Positions 21,235 through 33,356 of a stretch of DNA of 64,000 bases are shown here, one piece after another. A model generated the notes under the pieces. It did no database searches. It saw nothing but the letters and a program-made list of their open reading frames with translations, and was not told the origin of the DNA. Source of the DNA: Candidatus Babeliales bacterium (GTDB taxonomy: Bacteria > Babelota > Babeliae > Babelales > JANWKD01); the NCBI GenBank assembly GCA_963722255.1, contig CAVRJO010000002.1, positions 416,001-480,000 of the forward strand, written 5' to 3'. Made by a program: the position numbers and the translations under genes. The number at the start of each line of letters is the position of its first letter. Positions within the stretch are counted from its first letter, which is position 1.

Positions 21235-22494
21235 ATGAATTCCAGAGAAATCTTTTTGATAGTTCTTATATCAATAATAGTTCATCAAACTATGCAACCC
21301 ATACAAAATGTAAATGAGGGATTTATCTCAGTTTTTGGCGATCGAATTGAAGAACCCAGAGATGATCAAATCAGTATCCAATTTCAATACGGAGTTTCAA
21401 GCTTTGATGTAACAACTTCAGTAATTTCAACGGGAACAATTCAATCATCAAATTCACTTGCCGTTGTTGCATCAGGTACAAATACAACATCCTTTGCACA
21501 AATACAAACTATTGATATTCTTCCTTATCAACCCGGACACGAAAGCTACTGTTTTTTTACCGCAGGGTTTCCCGGTGGTTCAGCAGCAAATTCAACGCAA
21601 TGGATTGGATTATTTAATACAACTGACGGTGTTGCTGTTGGCTACAATAATACTACCTTTTCAATTCTATATCTCAACAATAGCGTTTCCACAATAATCC
21701 CACAAAGTTCATTTAATGGAGACACCCTCAATGGCAGTGGCCCCAGTGGATTTACCCTTAATCCCGCCAATATAAATGTCTTTAGAATTGTGTATGGATG
21801 GCTTGGAGCAGCGCCCATACTTTTTCAAATTGTAGATCAAAATGGTACTTGGATAACCTTTCACACCATTATTCGTTCAAATCTTACACAAGGTCCTTCC
21901 TTTAGCAACCCGGAACTCCAAATAACCTCTCAAGTTAACAAAGTAGGATCAACAACGGCAAACCTTTCAATTGTCTCAGCAAGTTGGAATGCCGGCAATG
22001 AAGTAAGTCTTGATCCTTCACCAAGTCAACGTTATTTTTCCGCCAATAATTCTAGCAACCCGACACTCAATGCCACAGGCATAGAAACACATATACTCAC
22101 TATTCAAAACAAACCGACGTTTCAAGGATTCACCAATAAAATCCATGCAACTATTACGTTTTTTAATGGAGGAGGCACCTCCGTAAATAGTCTAACATCA
22201 CTTATCCAATTACGCAGCAATGCAACCGTTACAGGGCTTTCTTTTTCCAACGTTAATACCGCAAACTCCATTATGCAATTTAGCACAGCCGGCACCTATG
22301 TTGCAGGAACAGGCACTCTTATACTTATTGTTCCCAATAATACTTTTGGTAGCGGACCTTGGAATCTTTTACAATTTCAAGGAAATCTAGAAATTATACT
22401 TTACCCCGGTCAATCGCTCACCATAACGGGAATAAGTTTATCAGGAGCCGGCAATACGGTAACGGCTAGTATTGGATGGCTTGAACAATTTTAA
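21235..22494 (+). CDS. Stand-alone secreted paralog of the fibre head domain
   Basis: Signal-like N-terminus then colinear similarity to 18600-19775 (GGSAANSTQWIGLF, GPSGFT.NP.NINVFRI.YGWLGAAPI, PNNTFGSGP, W.E.F end). Confidence 0.88.
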   Translation: MNSREIFLIVLISIIVHQTMQPIQNVNEGFISVFGDRIEEPRDDQISIQFQYGVSSFDVTTSVISTGTIQSSNSLAVVASGTNTTSFAQIQTIDILPYQPGHESYCFFTAGFPGGSAANSTQWIGLFNTTDGVAVGYNNTTFSILYLNNSVSTIIPQSSFNGDTLNGSGPSGFTLNPANINVFRIVYGWLGAAPILFQIVDQNGTWITFHTIIRSNLTQGPSFSNPELQITSQVNKVGSTTANLSIVSASWNAGNEVSLDPSPSQRYFSANNSSNPTLNATGIETHILTIQNKPTFQGFTNKIHATITFFNGGGTSVNSLTSLIQLRSNATVTGLSFSNVNTANSIMQFSTAGTYVAGTGTLILIVPNNTFGSGPWNLLQFQGNLEIILYPGQSLTITGISLSGAGNTVTASIGWLEQF

Positions 22495-22504
22495 ATCAAA
22501 CAGA

Positions 22505-22528
22505 AAGAGGCGCTCGAAAGCGCCTCTT
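22505..22528. terminator. Hairpin between convergent operons (likely bidirectional terminator)
   Basis: aagaggcgct-cgaa-agcgcctctt, followed by attttt. Confidence 0.8.
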
Positions 22529-22553
22529 ATTTTTGATGTTTACTAATCTATTA

Positions 22554-24095
22554 TTAATAACCTGACAATTGTCCAAGTCTTATATAAATAGATTTAAGCC
22601 ATTGAATTACATCAAAGGTAGTTGTTGACAAGGTATCAATAGACGAAGGCAAATCATCCCATGGATTATTTGGCGGGAATGGAGGTGTATTTGGTGGATT
22701 ATCTGCTAAATTACCAAGAACATCGCATGCACAGCTGGTTAGCGTCACAAATACTTCATTTATTGAAGTATAAACACCAGTTAGATCACAAGACCCAGCA
22801 ACGATAGCTGCAATAGCAGTAAATGTGCCATTGAAATCGGTGGTAATAGTTTGGTTAATATCCGCTAATGTAGTGTAAACGCCGTTTAAATCACAGGCAG
22901 ATATTACAATTGCTGCCAGTGTTGTAAACGTACCATTGAAATCGGTTGTAATAGTTTGGTTAATATCCGCTAATGTAGTGTAAACACCGCTTAAATCACA
23001 GGCAGATATTACAATTGCTGCCAGTGTTGTAAACGTACCATTGAAATCTGTGGTAATAGTTTGCTTAATATCCGCTAATATTGTCCACGTATCGTTAAAA
23101 TCAACTTGAATTTTTGCACAACACGTTGTCAATGTTGATTCAATGTCAAACAAGGTAGTGAAGGTGCTATCAAAATTAACTACAATATTTGAACAACATG
23201 CAGTTAAGGTGTCATTAATATTTACTACTACGGTGAATGACTCAGTAATCGATGCTATTGCAGTAAATACACCGTTAAAATCAACTTGAATGTCAGCACA
23301 ACAAGTGGTCAACGAATTTCTAATATCTGTTAATGATGTGAAGGTTCCTTCAAAATTAACTTCAATATCCGCGCAACATGTTGTTAAGGTATTTTTAACA
23401 TCTGATATTGCGGTAAAAATACTATTGAAATCCATATCAATTGCAGCTATAGAAGTAAATACTCCATTAAAATCGACTTGGATATCAGCACAACAGGTTG
23501 TTAATGATGATTTAATATCTGCAAGAATTGTCCATGTAAAAGCGAAATCTTGTTGAAGAATAGAGCAACATTGCGTTACAATCATTGTCAAACGATTAAG
23601 CAGTTGAAGAACTTCATTAAAATTACATTCAAGAACAGTTCCAACAGGCGCACCATCGGTATTTCCCGGTGCATCAGGGCGTGGTGCTCTTTCAGTCTTC
23701 ATCATCTGCGTTAACTTCTCAACAACTACAGGCAATGCTATAGCCAAATCTTGAACGTGTAATGATTTTGCACCATTTTCAAGTTGTTCATAACATCGTA
23801 AAACACCCATAGGAAGTTCATGCAATGTATGAGTTTCAAGTGCGCTTTCAATAACTATTCTTAAGAGCTCATCAAGTCGCAATCCCATCAAACTTTCCGG
23901 CGTAATAAGCATTTGCATATTATTGTCTTTAACTTCTTGTGCTAAAGACGCCATACACATCTCATCCATTTCACACTGCATTGCTGCAGGACGAGCTAGC
24001 TGTTTGTTAAAAATATGCATGGGTGTAAGTAAAACCCCAAGCGCGAGTAATGCGCTCAGGATTTTGCAATGACTTCTCTTGTGCCATTTATTCAT
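22554..24095 (-). CDS. FNGTFT-repeat fibre family paralog 3 (short stalk, different C-terminus)
   Basis: Signal peptide, RCYEQL...RAPRPDAP, LTTCC..IQVDFNG and LADIKQTITTDFNGTFT repeats, Pro-rich linker and terminal amphipathic helix DVIQWLKSIY. Confidence 0.88.
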   Translation of the reverse strand: MNKWHKRSHCKILSALLALGVLLTPMHIFNKQLARPAAMQCEMDEMCMASLAQEVKDNNMQMLITPESLMGLRLDELLRIVIESALETHTLHELPMGVLRCYEQLENGAKSLHVQDLAIALPVVVEKLTQMMKTERAPRPDAPGNTDGAPVGTVLECNFNEVLQLLNRLTMIVTQCCSILQQDFAFTWTILADIKSSLTTCCADIQVDFNGVFTSIAAIDMDFNSIFTAISDVKNTLTTCCADIEVNFEGTFTSLTDIRNSLTTCCADIQVDFNGVFTAIASITESFTVVVNINDTLTACCSNIVVNFDSTFTTLFDIESTLTTCCAKIQVDFNDTWTILADIKQTITTDFNGTFTTLAAIVISACDLSGVYTTLADINQTITTDFNGTFTTLAAIVISACDLNGVYTTLADINQTITTDFNGTFTAIAAIVAGSCDLTGVYTSINEVFVTLTSCACDVLGNLADNPPNTPPFPPNNPWDDLPSSIDTLSTTTFDVIQWLKSIYIRLGQLSGY

Positions 24096-24121
24096 ATACT
24101 AATTCCCTTCATCTACGACCA

Positions 24122-25956
24122 TTAAAAGTTAACAACCAGGCCTAAATACCAATCGGTATCATTAAGCGCATTCTGGCCCGCAAAGGTGTGTTCCCAACCT
24201 GCAAATATTTGCCAATTGCAGCATTGTTTGAAGATTTCAGCCTTAACGGTGTGTGCTATACGTTTTGTTCTTGATTCTAATAAGCATGGATTCAGTGGTT
24301 GTGTTACCCCAAAGAAATCTTTAGCAGTAGTCACATCAAAGCTTACATGATCTTTACGTTTAACCCATGCTTGATAACCAACATCAAAGCCGATGTAATC
24401 ACAAGCGCATGGGACTAAGAACGTGAAATCAATATCACCTATAAAATATTGCCATGAAACATCACCGCAAATTCCAGGTCCGATATTTGCAATGGTAGCG
24501 CCGACAAATGGTGCACTTAATGTTTCTCTGTGACGCAATGCCCAGTAGTACCATGCATCTGCTTTAACTGCGAACCATTCACATGGCTGCCAACCTAAGT
24601 ATCCACCAACTTTTATTTCATAGTGGTGATTGTTTCCGATCGGTGATAATAAAAGTTGACTGGTTGTAGAAGTTCTTGTATCAGTTGGAAAGCGCACACC
24701 AAATATAGCTTCTGCAAACCATGCTCCATCACAAAGACAACCATCATAACGAGCGTAAAATTCGGTATCAAAGTTACCAATACCATTGTTACGCGCTGTA
24801 TCAAAGGTTATGCCATTTGCAAGAAGAAAATCAACGGGAGAAAGACCATTATTAATGCTATGGAATTGAAGAAGTTGCTTGAGACGTATCTTGCAATTTG
24901 ACAAACAGCGTCAACAAGCTCTAATGAAGCTGCATCCGATCCTGCCGTTGGAACTTCGATCATTATTGCGGGGCAACCAATAGTTTCTTTGAACTGCAGG
25001 GCTCAAACCTATACCAGCAGCATAATCAACACCGGTACCAAATACAAATTTACTTCCAGTTCCAGAACCAGCACCACTAGCCGGTAAGGCTGGTAAGTTG
25101 CGACCGTTGGTTGCGGTAAAGCAAATGGTGGTGTTGGTTGTGAACCACCATCACTTTCAATGAGATAAGCTGGTGTTTGCGCAGGTACAACATTTGATAC
25201 ATCAGCTCCATTAATACGTGTATCACCATTTGGAGCAGGGTTTGCTGTCCCATCACCATAAACAACTAATGCACTTGGAATAAATGGAGCACTTCCTGAT
25301 TGTTGCATCAAACAAAGCAGACGCGAGATCTAAACGAATTGCAAACACATCAGAACCGTTTGTTCTTGACCAACCGGAACCGGATCGCATGTTGGACAGC
25401 TTCAACGTTCATTATCAAGTACAAATAGATCAACGATACTTTCTTCTAAAGCACAACATGAATCAAGCGCCATCTTTATAGAACGGAAAGGAACACGTGC
25501 ACGGAATCCAAGACCCCATTGCTCTTCACACCCAACACGCGTTTCAAGATTAGCACCAAAAATTGCCATCTCTTCATTATAATCAAACGTAGGGGTAAGT
25601 GCTAAAATACCAAGCAAAGGATCTGAAGGAACTGGCAATGGCGTGCTTGAAGAAAACGAGTTTGCTACGGTAAATGATGGTGCACCAAAGAAAAGCGCTG
25701 CCAATGTTTCTTTTGTCGTAGAATCCTTACAGGTAAATGCGCTATTTGCATTTTTATGTAAGCCAGCTCCCCAAATATCTACATAAAGCCATTTGCATTC
25801 ATCTTTACAATCTTCATAATCAGCCCGCGCAAAGGGATAGTGGTTAAATGCATAACCGCGTTCAAGCGATTCAGGTGTCACAAACACCCGTGCTGTCACA
25901 TTGGAAAATCCAACGAAACTGAGCACCGCAAGAATCTTGAGATTTCGTTTATTCAT
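24122..25956 (-). CDS. Putative outer-membrane beta-barrel protein, Cys-rich (frameshifted into several ORFs)
   Basis: Signal peptide at 25956, amphipathic beta strands, C-terminal YLGLVVNF; ORFs 25402, 25009 and 24122 read as one gene. Confidence 0.65.
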
Positions 25957-25996
25957 ATTGCTCCTTTTTAAACGACATTTTTTTCATTATATTCTA

Positions 25997-26024
25997 AGGC
26001 CATAGACAAATAAATCTATGGCCT
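25997..26024. terminator. Intergenic hairpin after the giant protein gene
   Basis: aggccataga ... tctatggcct, 10-bp stem. Confidence 0.5.
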
Positions 26025-26036
26025 ATAAAAGTTATA

Positions 26037-29000
26037 TTAAAATTCGCCTGTTCCTTGAATTTCATCAGCGCGAACAATTTGGAATGAAACAGGATCAACA
26101 TCAAGACTGACTGCCCCAATTTGTAATGAATGTAAATCATTGACAACATTATTACCTGAAGTACCATAAATTACTGGCAACACATCACGTCTAATTGTTG
26201 TACCAACAACAAATCCAAGATTATCAATATTCAATGCATTATTACCAATATTTGCTTTTGGTGAAAGTTGAGAAAAATTATCGATTGTATTTAAGTAATT
26301 AAACAATGCTTGTGGCGTAAGTCCTGCAGCCCCTAATGGTTGTGCGGTTTAGCACGATCTTGCAATAGAAGCTTACCTGACATAATACCAGATTGAATAA
26401 ATCCACCTGGTTGAACACCGGCAAATGTAGTCACTGTAGGAACAATCTGAAATTGGAATTATTTGACCATCACATCAAGTTCGGTACAGTTTACTTTGAC
26501 CATGTTGCCACCACCAAGAATTGCTGAAGTAGCGGAATTGAAGATAAATGAATAGCTACCTTCAGAACCAATTGCAAGCAATGATGCTTCTTCAATGCTA
26601 CCAGATGCAATTTGATTATGGTAGAATGTTCCACCCGGTAGTTGTACCAATTCCAAGAGGCCCACCAATAATAAGTGAACAGGTTGTCACATTGCTAAGA
26701 CAACTAACTAACCAATTGATTTGGTAGCTTGCTGCGCAGTTTGTTGAACAATACCAACACTTAAACCAAAGAAGCCATGTCGATTAATTTCAAACAATGC
26801 ACCTTGACCGGCAAGCTCTAATAGCAATGATATCGATTGTGATGTACTTGTAACGACCGTATCACCAATTTGGAATGCACCACCAGGTAATGCATCAGTA
26901 CCAATTTGAATTGATGCTTGGTCATTCAATACCCAAACAAGATTGGTTATCCAATGAACAACGTTGGAAATGTTTCAACACCAAAGTATGCATTAGCCGG
27001 AATAAACATTGATGAATCTTCAATCATGTTTATAATACCGGTACCACTCAATTTAACACGAACACTATCGGTACTATTAACATTTACAGCCGGTAATGCT
27101 TCAACTTGCGTATCAAACTCAGGTTCCATGTACCATTGCGCTTGACCGCTTAAGATAAAGGTACCGCCATTCATAATAATGCGAGCACCCGGTTCGCAAA
27201 CAAGTTTAACTTGACCGGTAATTTCAAATATTTTGAAGGGGTAGTAAATTGTGAAAGATCAAGAACACCGGTTGATTTAATACGAAGTTCTTTTGGTGTG
27301 GTTGAACTAATTGCAAGAAGTAGGCCACCATTTGCTTAAATGCCGTACCACTTAAAATATGGCATACGTTGTTAATAATAACATCTTCATTCAATTCAAT
27401 GTTACCATTACCATTTGGAACAAGCATCACACCGTTAATACCAAGAACAATAGATGCTTCAAGTGAATCAACATCTTTGTGTGCTGAACCTAACCCAACA
27501 AGACCATCATTTTGCAATACTAAGAACGCTGTAGGAGCTTGTGCTGAGTTATTACCTTGCAAGAAGACTAACTCACGAACAAATCCGCCATCAACTAACA
27601 AGTGAGCAGTATCACAAATGCGTGAACGCAAGATTTGCAATTGATCAACTTCACCTTGAATTGTCGGTAAGTTCACCAGATTGTTTTGTGTTACTGCAGG
27701 ACATGCGCATGGTGCCGGAACTTCTTCAGTATCATACGGAATAAAGCATGTTGGTGTAATAAATAAATCATTACAACAGAATGTTTTCTTAGCAGCACCC
27801 CAATCAAAGCTAAAATCAGAAAGTTGTTGACCTGGAGCAACAAGAATACGTTGTGCAGGATCTGAAAGAAGCGGTTGCCATTCTGTTATACCAATAGTTG
27901 GTTCAAAGAATGTTTGATTACTTGGTAAATTAACAATACCACCGCGGCTTTTGGTTACCATTGCACCAAAGCTTGCAATACGATTATTAATAAGACTCAA
28001 AGAACCAAGTGCATCAACAAATATTCCGCCTTCTCCCGTAACGCCAGATTCTTGTGGTAATGCAATTGTGCCACCACGAGTTTCAAATGAATAGCATGAA
28101 CCATCGATGATAACGTTTGCAGGTATTGTTAAGGGGAATGTAGCACCGAATCTATCAATTCCAACGGCACCATCAGTACCGATTGAAAAGTTACTTGCAT
28201 TATTCAAGAAGATTGTTTGAACATCATTTTGTCCGGTAATTGCTGCGATACTTGGTATACCTTGCGTAATACAGCTATCGTTATACGCAGTAAGCAAACT
28301 AACAGTGATATCAAATCCTGCTGTTTGTGCGTTTATTTGGAATACGTTAAGATGTGAATTTCCATCAGCACCTATATCACAGTTTTCAAAACAGTCATCG
28401 GTTCCTAAGATCCAATTGCGACCATAGCCATTATCGATGCAACGTCCATTGCTATAGAAAATAATAGCACTATCATTGTCACCATCCGGATCATTAGGGA
28501 ATAAGAAATCAACACCGGTTGAACAAATGTTTGAGTGTACACGCAACTTAGAATCGATTAACTCTATTGTTGGGCGAGGTCTACCTGCATGGCAGGGAAA
28601 TAAGTAACTATCACTACCAATGTAGGTTGGTTGTGATGAAAGATTAGGATTACCTAAATTCCAATGCTCATAAACTTTGTGAATCGTGTCAGTGTGAATC
28701 AAAGAAGTATTGTTCAAAGTCATGATATTGTTTATTAAGAAACAACCAAGATTGTATTGAATATAATCGCCATTTGGCTGACGATTAAAGGTTCTCTTTG
28801 GAAAGTTTGGAGCAGCAATAGAATCTATGGTAACAGGACATCCCGTTGGATCTACTTGTAATGATAAAATATTAATACCAGTTTCATCTGGGCTTGAACC
28901 AAAAATATCAAGCGGACCTTCAACATCTAAAAGAATATTTCCAGCGCAGGTACTTAATACTGAAGTATTGACCGTAAAGTCCGGCGATACGCTTCCACAA

Positions 29001-30304
29001 TTATCAACACCTGAAAGGAAGTAGATTGCTGAAGAGCCAACTAAATTAATTGTTGCCGGTGAAAAATCATCAGGCGCATCAACGATAAACGCTGAACCAT
29101 TTCTTAAACGTTCTAATGGTTCAAGAATGCCACATGCATCAGGCAATGTGAAATCACAACAAACGTTTGTTGTTGTACCAATATATGCAATATATGTTTC
29201 ATTTCCAACGGTAATAACACCTGTAGGACCTGTTAACACAAACCCCGAAACAACGCCACCAGGAAAAGTATTAATCACCGGAATACAGAAAGGATTAATT
29301 AACAATCCTTCATCAGGACACAAACTATTATTATTGATAATTTCTAGAGCAGATCCTGTTCCAAAACCGGATAAATTTGTAGTAACAAAATTTGCAGAAG
29401 CACCTGATTGAGCACCAAAATCAATATCACTAATCATAAAATTTGGTAATGTTAAATCAGCCGGATGACCGATAATATTTACACCACCACCATTTTGGAT
29501 AATAAGTTGCAATGATGAAGTTACCGCATTAGCCTTAGATTGGAAATTAAGTTCTGCAGTTGCAGTGGCATCACCAGTTTGTGCAGCAAATGTAATTAAG
29601 GAGCCGGGTCCAACAATTACTTGAGCAGGTAATCCCGTAGTAGCAACCAATGAATTTGCAAATGCAACAAATGGGCTATTTATTGTAGACATTCCTTCAA
29701 CAAAGAATGTTCCACCACTGCCGGCATCTTTAGCAGTAAAGCTTACGGATTGTCCATCACCAAGAGTAAATAGTATAGTTCCACCACCTGATGCAGTTAC
29801 GAGTAAATCAAGAGGAGTTGCTCCATTTGCAGAACCACTAAATATCAAATCGTTTGTGAGATTAAAATTAATAGTTCTACCGGCAGCTGCAAAAAGATAA
29901 AGGCGTGCAGGGGCTGCAGGGGTACCATTACATAGATTCCCCGAACCGGTAATAATTGCATCACCATTAGTAACGGAAATAGTTATATCGCAATTTATTG
30001 AAGATACATTAATTCCTCCAACAAGTGCGTTTGTACCAATAACATCAATATTTTGGTCAACAACACTATTCACTACACCTGGATTAGTCTGCCCGGCGCC
30101 ACATCCGGTATCACTCAGATTATGCCAGTTTACCGTAGTTCCACATGGTGAAAATGCTAATGGTGCAGCTACAGCAGCTATAGGGCCAACACCTTGATGA
30201 TTTGGTTTTCCGAATTTAGTCATACCTAATAATTCGGGTGCAGCCAAACCAAGGCCCACCATAAAAATTAGGCTAAAACTATTCAAGAGAAATTTTTTTC
30301 TCAT
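26037..30304 (-). CDS. Giant secreted Cys/Gly/Asn-rich beta-structured surface protein (about 1400 aa; 3' part frameshifted)
   Basis: MRKKFLL... signal at 30304; a 1000-aa ORF followed by same-strand fragments 26947, 26708, 26459 and 26037 of the same composition. Confidence 0.7.
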
Positions 30305-30587
30305 ATCTTCTTCCTTTTTTATAGAGATTAACATTGCTTGTTTTTATAAAAACAATACTTGTCATGATAGAGAGAAAATGATGCTTCATTGAGGGAGGAA
30401 ATGCTTCTTACTACCAGTACAAATGTTATAAAAAATACCCATACTTTTCTACGCGTTTCACCTCCGTTTATCTTCTAAATATAATTTTTTTTGATAACAT
30501 TATGGCTACCTTGAGTTGGAGAGCTCGATACTTAAAGCACTCCGGAATAGTATTAAAATGCCTAAAAATAAAAGTCAAGCTTTTTAT

Positions 30588-31700
30588 CTAGCTGGCTTTT
30601 AGAGCGATCCAAATGTCATTCAGAGTTGATTTTTTGAGTATATTTTTAAAATAAAAAAGTTTATGATTTAAAGAGATATGAGCTGCAAGGATTGATGGAT
30701 AATTTTTTAAGAGATTTTGAAGATCAATAGTAGCAGGAATAAAAGTGAAAACATTAAAATGATGATTGATAACATCCGGCTTGTATAAAAAATTGATAAA
30801 CGAATAAACCGACTCCTCTTTGATGCTTGCTTTTGGAATAACCCAATTATCGGTAGTCATAAACGTTCCTTCCTGAGGAACGACAAATTCGATATTTTTT
30901 TGAACACCCATAAGTCTAAACATAGTTGGTGTGGTTGATACAACAACCGGGCATGTTGTTGATAGCAATAAATAATCGGCACGAAATTCGGTATATGCCT
31001 CAACCCATTTTTTTTGATTAATAAGAAGAGTTTTAATTTTTTGAATAGTACATTCATCAATATGTTCTAAAGAACCATTAAGATATAATGCCGTTAATAA
31101 AATCGCTTCCCGAGGATTATCAAGCATTGATATTTTGGCATGATGTGGTAATGGTTTAAAGATAAGATCCCATGAAGGTGTTAATACTTTTTGATCAAAA
31201 AAATCTCTGTTAAGTCCAATACCATAAATTCCCCAATAATAGGGAATCGAATACTCATTTTTAGGATCAAAATAAGCACCAAGCAAACGAGGTTCTATTC
31301 TATCCCATATACTAATTTTCGATTTATCTAAAACTTTTAATAATCCATCTTCTTTGAGGAGTTCAACCGTATGATCGGATGGAATTATTAAATCATAACC
31401 CTCACCTTTAGTTGCTCTTATCTTTACTAACAATTCATCATTATTATCAAAATAGCTTATGTTAACATGAATACCTGTTTCATCTTCAAATTTTTTTATC
31501 ATAACTTCATCAAGCATATCAGTCCATGTAGCAACATTAATTGACTCTTTTGAGCTCAATGAATAAAAAAGAATTGGTAAATAAAGAACACCAAAAAAAA
31601 TAGCCACCCAAAAAATGAGTATCAAAAATTTGGTAGAGAAGCGAATGAAAAATGAATCGTCCATAATTAAAATATCCGTATTTTTGATTGCAACCAACAA
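30588..31700 (-). CDS. potD: Spermidine/putrescine ABC transporter substrate-binding protein
   Basis: FEDETGIHV, YDLIIPSD, YSIPYYWG, PQEG...DNWVIP. Confidence 0.88.
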   Translation of the reverse strand: MLVAIKNTDILIMDDSFFIRFSTKFLILIFWVAIFFGVLYLPILFYSLSSKESINVATWTDMLDEVMIKKFEDETGIHVNISYFDNNDELLVKIRATKGEGYDLIIPSDHTVELLKEDGLLKVLDKSKISIWDRIEPRLLGAYFDPKNEYSIPYYWGIYGIGLNRDFFDQKVLTPSWDLIFKPLPHHAKISMLDNPREAILLTALYLNGSLEHIDECTIQKIKTLLINQKKWVEAYTEFRADYLLLSTTCPVVVSTTPTMFRLMGVQKNIEFVVPQEGTFMTTDNWVIPKASIKEESVYSFINFLYKPDVINHHFNVFTFIPATIDLQNLLKNYPSILAAHISLNHKLFYFKNILKKSTLNDIWIALKAS

Positions 31701-32458
31701 AACACTAACACCAAAAGACTACTTACCAATAATAAGAGTGTTGAAAGAGCATTTAACATGGGAGATATGCCTGTTCTGATTGTTGCATAAATATACAAAG
31801 GCAATGTTTGCGCTTCAGTTCCGGCACAAAAAAATGCAATAAAAAAATCATCAAAGGATATCACAAAAACTAAAAGACCTGAGGCAATTAATGCAGGAAT
31901 AAGCAAAGGGACAACGACACGAAAAAAGGTTTGATTAATCGATGCACCCAAATCCAAAGAAGCTTCAAGTAATGCAGGATCTATTTCAGCAAAACGTGAT
32001 GATAAAATTGGAACAACATACCCAAGACCCAGAACAGTATGACCGGCAATTAATGTTAACAACCCGGCGGGAATAGAACAATAGGTGAACAACAATAAAA
32101 GACCAACTGCAAGCATAATCTCAGGGAAAAAAAGATTTGCATAAAACAGTGAAAGAAAATTTTTTAAACGACTTTGGGTTGAATAAAATACTAAAAAAAT
32201 ACCCATTGTTAAGCTAAGAATCACCGATGCTGTCGCAACAATACATGAATTTTTTACCACGTGCCAAATTTCATCAGATTCAAAAAGCTCATGATACCAT
32301 TGCCATGAAAACCCAACCCAACGATAGGGAAATGCTACCTCATTAAAAGAAAATAAAACCAATACCGCTATGGGAATATATATAAATAAAAAGCAAAGAC
32401 AAATCATTGCCGAAAAAAAATGTGAACCAAAAAATTGTCTAACTATTTTCACTATCAA
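31667..32458 (-). CDS. potC: Spermidine/putrescine ABC permease
   Basis: YIPIAVLVLFSFN, LEASLDLGA, SFDDF, TLPLYIY. Confidence 0.9.
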   Translation of the reverse strand: MIVKIVRQFFGSHFFSAMICLCFLFIYIPIAVLVLFSFNEVAFPYRWVGFSWQWYHELFESDEIWHVVKNSCIVATASVILSLTMGIFLVFYSTQSRLKNFLSLFYANLFFPEIMLAVGLLLLFTYCSIPAGLLTLIAGHTVLGLGYVVPILSSRFAEIDPALLEASLDLGASINQTFFRVVVPLLIPALIASGLLVFVISFDDFFIAFFCAGTEAQTLPLYIYATIRTGISPMLNALSTLLLLVSSLLVLVFCWLQSKIRIF

Positions 32459-33356
32459 TCTTTCTTTGATGATCTATTTCTTTGTGTGAAAAAAATCGAA
32501 GAAATATAAGCACTAAACAACACAAAATAATACTGCTACCTAAGGTAAATGCTGCACCTAATGGTCGATCTTGGCCTATTAAGAAAAAATGTGAAATTGC
32601 TGTACCCACAAACATATACTTATCACCACCCATGAGAAGTGGAATAACAAATTCGCCAAACGCAGGAACAAATACCAATAAAATTCCCGTTTGTATTGCA
32701 GGCCTGGTTAATGGTAAAATTATTTTAAAAAATGTTTGTAGATGGGTCGCTCCAAGATCTTGAGAGGCTTCAACAAGAGTCAAATCAAACTTTTCTAAGC
32801 TGGTAAATAAAGGCATAATCATGAATGGTAAATAACAATAAAACATAACAATCATAATTGCAAAAAAACTATTAAGCATAAGAATTGGTTCGTGTATTAA
32901 ATCAAGCATCAACAATATACGATTTAAAAGACCATCTTTATCAAGAACAAAACTCCAAGCATAGGTCAAAACCAATAAGTTGGTAACAAAAGGTAAAACA
33001 AGAAAAAAAAGAAAAAAATTTTTCCATTTTCTTTTTTTTAATGCAATATAATAGGTCAAAGGATAACCAACCAGTAAGCAAAATAATGCAGTGAAAAAGG
33101 CAACACATAAAGAGCGTGCAATAATATGCACATACTCAGAAGCCAAAATTTGATAATAATGATCGAACGTAAGATTATCAAATGATACCGGTTGTGAAAA
33201 ATCTTTAATGAAGCTCAACACAACAAGAAAAAGTAAAGGAATTCCAAAAAAAACAAACTGCCATACAAAGGCAGGTACCGCTTTAAAGAAAAAAACTTCT
33301 TGTCGTGTTAACTGTTTTTTCATCGTTCTAAGAGCACCGCATTTTCTTTTTGCCAA
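32439..33356 (-). CDS. potB: Spermidine/putrescine ABC permease
   Basis: GYPLTY, YLPFMIMPL, EASQDLGA, FVPAFGEF...LMGG. Confidence 0.9.
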   Translation of the reverse strand: MAKRKCGALRTMKKQLTRQEVFFFKAVPAFVWQFVFFGIPLLFLVVLSFIKDFSQPVSFDNLTFDHYYQILASEYVHIIARSLCVAFFTALFCLLVGYPLTYYIALKKRKWKNFFLFFLVLPFVTNLLVLTYAWSFVLDKDGLLNRILLMLDLIHEPILMLNSFFAIMIVMFYCYLPFMIMPLFTSLEKFDLTLVEASQDLGATHLQTFFKIILPLTRPAIQTGILLVFVPAFGEFVIPLLMGGDKYMFVGTAISHFFLIGQDRPLGAAFTLGSSIILCCLVLIFLRFFSHKEIDHQRKIDSENS

